Shown: positions 60,101 through 64,000 of the stretch, piece by piece
Layout of the letters: the number at the start of each line of letters is the position of its first letter
Numbering within the stretch: position 1 is the first letter of the stretch
DNA from: Paraspadella gotoi
Lineage: Eukaryota > Animalia > Chaetognatha
Assembly (NCBI GenBank): GCA_051294375.1
Contig: CM119269.1
Coordinates: forward strand, 13,114,790 to 13,178,789
DNA: 64,000 nucleotides
Direction of reading: 5' to 3'
Notes under the pieces: generated by a model
Database searches by the model: none
What the model saw: the letters and a program-made list of their open reading frames with translations, nothing else
Told to the model about the DNA's origin: nothing
Translations under genes and position numbers: made by a program

Positions 60101-63100
60101 ACGAATCCCCTTCCCCCTCACTTCCCCGTTTCTCGTCCAGTGACAAGGTCACTCCGTGCGAAGGTCCATCTCGATGTCGATGCGTGAATCAATTGGCCTT
60201 GGATAGGATTTTGGATCAGCTTTGGAGGAGAGGTTCGTCGGTCAAATCGTCAGTGTTTGCTATGAGTTTGCTGTGAGACACCTGTCTGCTATAATTTTTT
60301 TCATGTCCGTCTCTCAATTGGAACCCAGGTAAGAACACCGATGACCATAAAAATCGAAATATTTGCAAATAAAAATAAAAATGCACTTGTAAATCCTACT
60401 ACGAATTGCTTTATACTATATCAATTTTTTGTTTTGTTTTATTTTACGTTTCCATATGAGTCGTATTATAGTAGAGTTTGCTATAAAGTTACAGCGAATT
60501 TTATTTTTTTCTGTTAATAGCTAAGGTTACTCACTCGGACTGCAGAAATTCCCGCCCGTCAAAGTCGAAATTCAAATTGAAAAAGTGTCGTTCATCCATT
60601 CCAGTCAGATTCATGGAGAGAATCGGACCCAAATGAGCTCGAAATGAGTCAACTGGAGATTCGACGCCAAAACTGGAAAAGACCACGAATCCCCAGTGGC
60701 CTTGGAAAGGGTCGATCTCTACGCGAGTCGATCTTTCTGCATTTAAAGAGAATCACGAGGAAATGTTACATGGACATGGACGTTGTTTACCATCGATGGG
60801 TCCCTCTCTGGCTATCACGACGCAGATTGTGGTTGTCCAAACCATTTTCCAACTTAAATAAGAAATTGAAAACTTTTCTAAAATTTATGAATTGTGTTTC
60901 CAATACGTGTTTTGAACTAGTTTGGGTTATACTGAATCAACCATGTTTAATTAGATAAGCATACGGTACGAGAAACCTAGTATAGTATTATCACAGTGGT
61001 TCTCAAACGCGGAGTCACTTTTCAACATTTTTTCCTCAAAATTTTAAGTTTTTAACGCTGATTGTAAAGTTATCTGATATAAAAATAAATTTTTTTGGTG
61101 ATTTGTTATTATAAAAAACAAGTTTGAGCAAACAATGTCGGTTCTGCCCACGATCATTATCGGTAATTAATTAATTAATAATTAAATAATTAATTAATTA
61201 CAGAATTAATTAATTGATTGACTGATTATTTAATTATTGATTAATTAATTGACTAATTGATTAATTAACTGATTAATTATTTGATTAATTAATACATCTT
61301 GCATTTACATTTAATATAAAAAGAAAAAGAAGCATAATCAATTATGAAACAAGTTTTTTGTTTTTTCAATTAAAACTCATTTCTTTGGATAAGGCGCTAA
61401 GTGGGCTGAAGAAGACTATCCGTAACTTCTAAAACCTCCTCTCGCAGCCATGGAACGGGTCCTGGGCTTGGAACCAGGCCTACGGCCGTCCTCACGCTTC
61501 CCGCAAGGTAGGTACCGGGTTGGGATTGAACCCGGTACTTAGTGGTCATGAGCTGATGGCTTTACTCAATGAGCCACCGGTCATAACAAAAAGTATTATG
61601 CTTAATATATATGATATAAGTGAGTGCCCCAACAAGATTGAGGGGGCGGACCGACGGACCGACAAAGTGAATTATAGAGTCGGGATCTGCTGATAAGCAG
61701 ATCCGACTAAAAATTTTATGTAAAACCTAGCTTATTTATTATGGTAACTATTATTTATCAACAAAGACGTTTTTTCAGAAATTTTTTTCCCCCAAACTAA
61801 AATTTTCATTTTTAAAAAGAAGCTAAAGACTAGAGTAAAGAGCCAAAGAGTCAGAAGTGACCGCAGCCCCAGGGGAATATAGTAGGCATCTCCTTCCTTC
61901 CATGTACCATCATCAGGAGACATACTTAGAGGGGTATGACCCTTTGGGAAGATGTGTAGTGATATAGTATCACTAGTTCACTACCCATTGGATACGGGGC
62001 ACATAAAGTGTTGGGGCTATACACACTTACAGAGAGGCATGGCAACCTTCTCACGTCTCTGTCACTTCAAGAGCAACTATCTGAGCTAGAATGTTACAAA
62101 TCGGTGAAAAAAAAAAGTAAAATATTTTTCTATTAGTGTGAAAAATTTTATAACCTGATAGCTCTTCGTTTCGATTATATTACAAGTTTTTTCGGATCAC
62201 TCCTGATGGAAGTCCCTGTAGAATGAACCTAGAATCTACGTAGGATGAACCTTGAATGTCGCCTTAAGATTTTATAGGAGCTTGTCTAGATGCCTGGATA
62301 TTACTCATTGGGTCAGTGCCGACTGAAGTAATTTTTATAAAACCTTACTACCTTGAAATTCCCATTTCATCATGAAGGCCATCTCGGGAGACGACGGAGA
62401 CGTTATGTTGGTCAGCTTGTAAAGTCTCTTCAGCCCGATCCATACTTCGCCAGAGAGACAAGCCTCCGTGTTGGATTCGTTGTGGACGGCGCCGGCCAAC
62501 ACTTGCAGATCGCAGGCAGCCTCGGAAGCGAATCCGTGTGTGTAGTCTTTATCCCTGAATTCTGAAAACTTACTCGAAGGAAAATTCCTCAATACAACGA
62601 AATTATTATTCATCGTGTCCACACGCGGATTCTCCACACGTCGTTGAACCAGAATCCAATCACCAGAACGAACGTCGTCCACAGAAAACGTCACTGTTTA
62701 GAAAAAAAAAACATCAAAACCTTAATCCAAATAGATATTTTTTAAAACTAAATATTCTCTTCTATCACTCTAGTTTTAATGCAAAAAAACCGTTTGATGG
62801 TCTGTGATTTTTCTTATAAAAAAAATTTTGTTGTGAAAACAAAAAGGCAACTTTTTTCGTCTTAAACTAAGTTAAATTATTTCATACTTTCTTCTTTACA
62901 CAAATTACGAATGGCGGTCATCAATGTCTGTTCTAGTCCAGGAGTCACCGTTACCATTTCCCATTTACTGAATTATATCTTGATCGATTAAGAATAAGAA
63001 AATACGAGTTCTATTTTTTTTTTCACTTCTTAATCCTTACTATTTATTTTTTTAGTCGTCGCGTCAGCCATTGTCGTTTCCAGAGTTGATTCGGCCGTCC

Positions 63101-63732
63101 CCACAGATGAGTCCGTTGTGTCCACAGACGATTGCGTCGTGCCCTCAGACGATTCTGTCGTGCCGAGAGACGATTCCGTGGTGGCCGTGTTTTCCTGTGT
63201 TACTGCGTTGCTGTTGGTGGATGCTTCCACGGTTGTGATCCTTTCAAATGCAACAGGCTCGAGCATATCTTTCTGGTTTGGTTCTTCCTTCGTTGTTTCT
63301 GTAGTTGATAGTATATCTTATACTGGATACAGACACTGATACTTTTCAGTCGTGATAAAGATCAATATAATAAAAACAATTAATAAAAATATTATTTTCG
63401 AGAAAAAACGATGTTTTAACTTAATTTTATGAAAATATAGAAATAAACTCGTAGAATAGATGCTTTTTATGTTGCCTTCTTAATTTATGAATGCTTTTGC
63501 CAGAAAACCGTTTACCTTTGTCAGTCGGTTCTGTGCACTTGACTCTGAAATGTTCGTCTTGCCGTCGCCTCTCCACGAACTTCTCGAGTCGCTCTGATTT
63601 GGGACAAAAGACGTGAACGACAAATTTACCGAAGCCGTTGTCGGTTTCGTTGTCGGTTTCGTTGTCGGCCTCGACGAATCTCGCGAGACCGACGCAAATG
63701 AACAAAACTAAAGTATTCCTGACCCAAGTCAT
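57176..63732 (-). CDS. Secreted divergent fibrinogen-related (FReD-like) protein 2, multi-exon, interrupted by gaps and a duplicated block
   Basis: Signal MTWVRNTLVLFICVGLARFVEA, module VVHVFCPKSERL...FRVKCT, Thr/Ser stalk, GDWILVQRR...F...YTHGF...GEVWIGLKRLYKLT, GHWGFVVFSSFGVES (~60738-60535) and last exon CNNRARWWYSNKEKC...KETIMAIR*. Confidence 0.7.
57340..57546 (-). mobile_element. Possible second tRNA-derived SINE family
   Basis: Minus strand GTCCCATTGGCTTGG...GGGTTCAATCCCCTCACGG (A/B-box-like head) followed by a GC-rich body; single copy in the window. Confidence 0.4.
58482..60580. repeat. Duplicated ~560-bp block next to N-gaps, probable assembly artefact or haplotype duplicate
   Basis: ~58558-59121 recurs at ~60021-60580, differing mostly by 1-bp indels. 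58482-58605 recurs at ~59122-59246. N-runs at 58333-58357 and 59247-59336. Confidence 0.8.
61383..61582 (-). mobile_element. tRNA-derived SINE, copy 2 (internal deletion)
   Basis: Reverse complement ACCGGTGGCTCATTGAGTAAAGCCATCAGCTCATGACC...GGTTCAATCCC...CCTGGTTCCAAGCCCAGG...CACTTAGCGCCTTATCC aligns to 45816-46047. Confidence 0.75.
61640..61713 (+). mobile_element. HINE/DINE-1-like element terminus
   Basis: GGACCGAC repeat, then TTATAG, hairpin AGTCGGGATCTGCT-GATA-AGCAGATCCGACT and an A-run, the typical end structure of these elements. Confidence 0.5.
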
Positions 63733-64000
63733 TGCTTTTTCTCTGAAGCAAGGATTGGGGGCCAACTGAAAAACGTCGACGTAGCGTGGAAACTTGCGAC
63801 CACAGTAGTTGAAGGCGGTGTTTGAACTTTAATATTAAATTTGACGAACTAATATAAAATTATTTATTCATTTAATGACTGGCCCTGACTGTGGACAATG
63901 GACTCTGGATACAGTGGACAGGCTTTGGCGGGCTTTATTTAATAATCTTGTAAGAGGGATGGAGGTTGTACTTTTGGTCTTGACTTGTCATCATTAAAGT

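Noticed and set aside
58482-60580. Duplicated FReD exon block as mutually exclusive exons
   Set aside because: The copies abut N-gaps and differ mainly by single-base indels, typical of unpolished or haplotypic assembly.
61520-61582. tRNA-Met gene (CTCATGA loop)
   Set aside because: The anticodon and acceptor stems do not pair and the sequence continues into a shared SINE body; it is a tRNA-derived head.
62885-62968. Extra exon in FReD gene 2 (KWEMVTVTPG...)
   Set aside because: Its phase (2) is incompatible with the flanking phase-1 exons, which join in frame without it.

Overview
Gene-dense window from a compact invertebrate animal genome: most introns are 55-100 bp, intergenic DNA is AT-rich, and there are many (CT)n tracts and three N-gaps. 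I assembled spliced gene models by hand from the sequence. Left to right: IPO11 (-, runs off the left edge), MTRR (-), PPM1A/B-type PP2C (-), intronless PDHA (+), ribokinase (+), HACD3 (+) with an antisense PTTG1IP-like gene nested in one intron, nanos (-), a secreted protein joining a chitin-binding peritrophin-A (CBM14) domain to a goose-type lysozyme (GH23) domain (-), a ~22-kb TRPA1-like channel (+) with three candidate alternative N-termini, and two paralogous divergent secreted fibrinogen-domain genes (-), one nested in a TRPA1 intron. Non-coding elements include a minimal hammerhead ribozyme in a PP2C intron, tRNA-derived SINEs (one with a twister-like fold), MITE/HINE-type elements, a 336-bp-spaced structured direct repeat and tandem repeats. 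Best novelty candidates: the CBM14-g-lysozyme fusion, which keeps the catalytic Glu but lacks both canonical Asp residues; the FReD family with a shared two-Cys N-terminal module; the TRPA1 5' architecture; and the intronic hammerhead. All exon joins are predictions from splice signals and reading-frame continuity, not from transcripts, and family assignments come from remembered motifs, not database searches.
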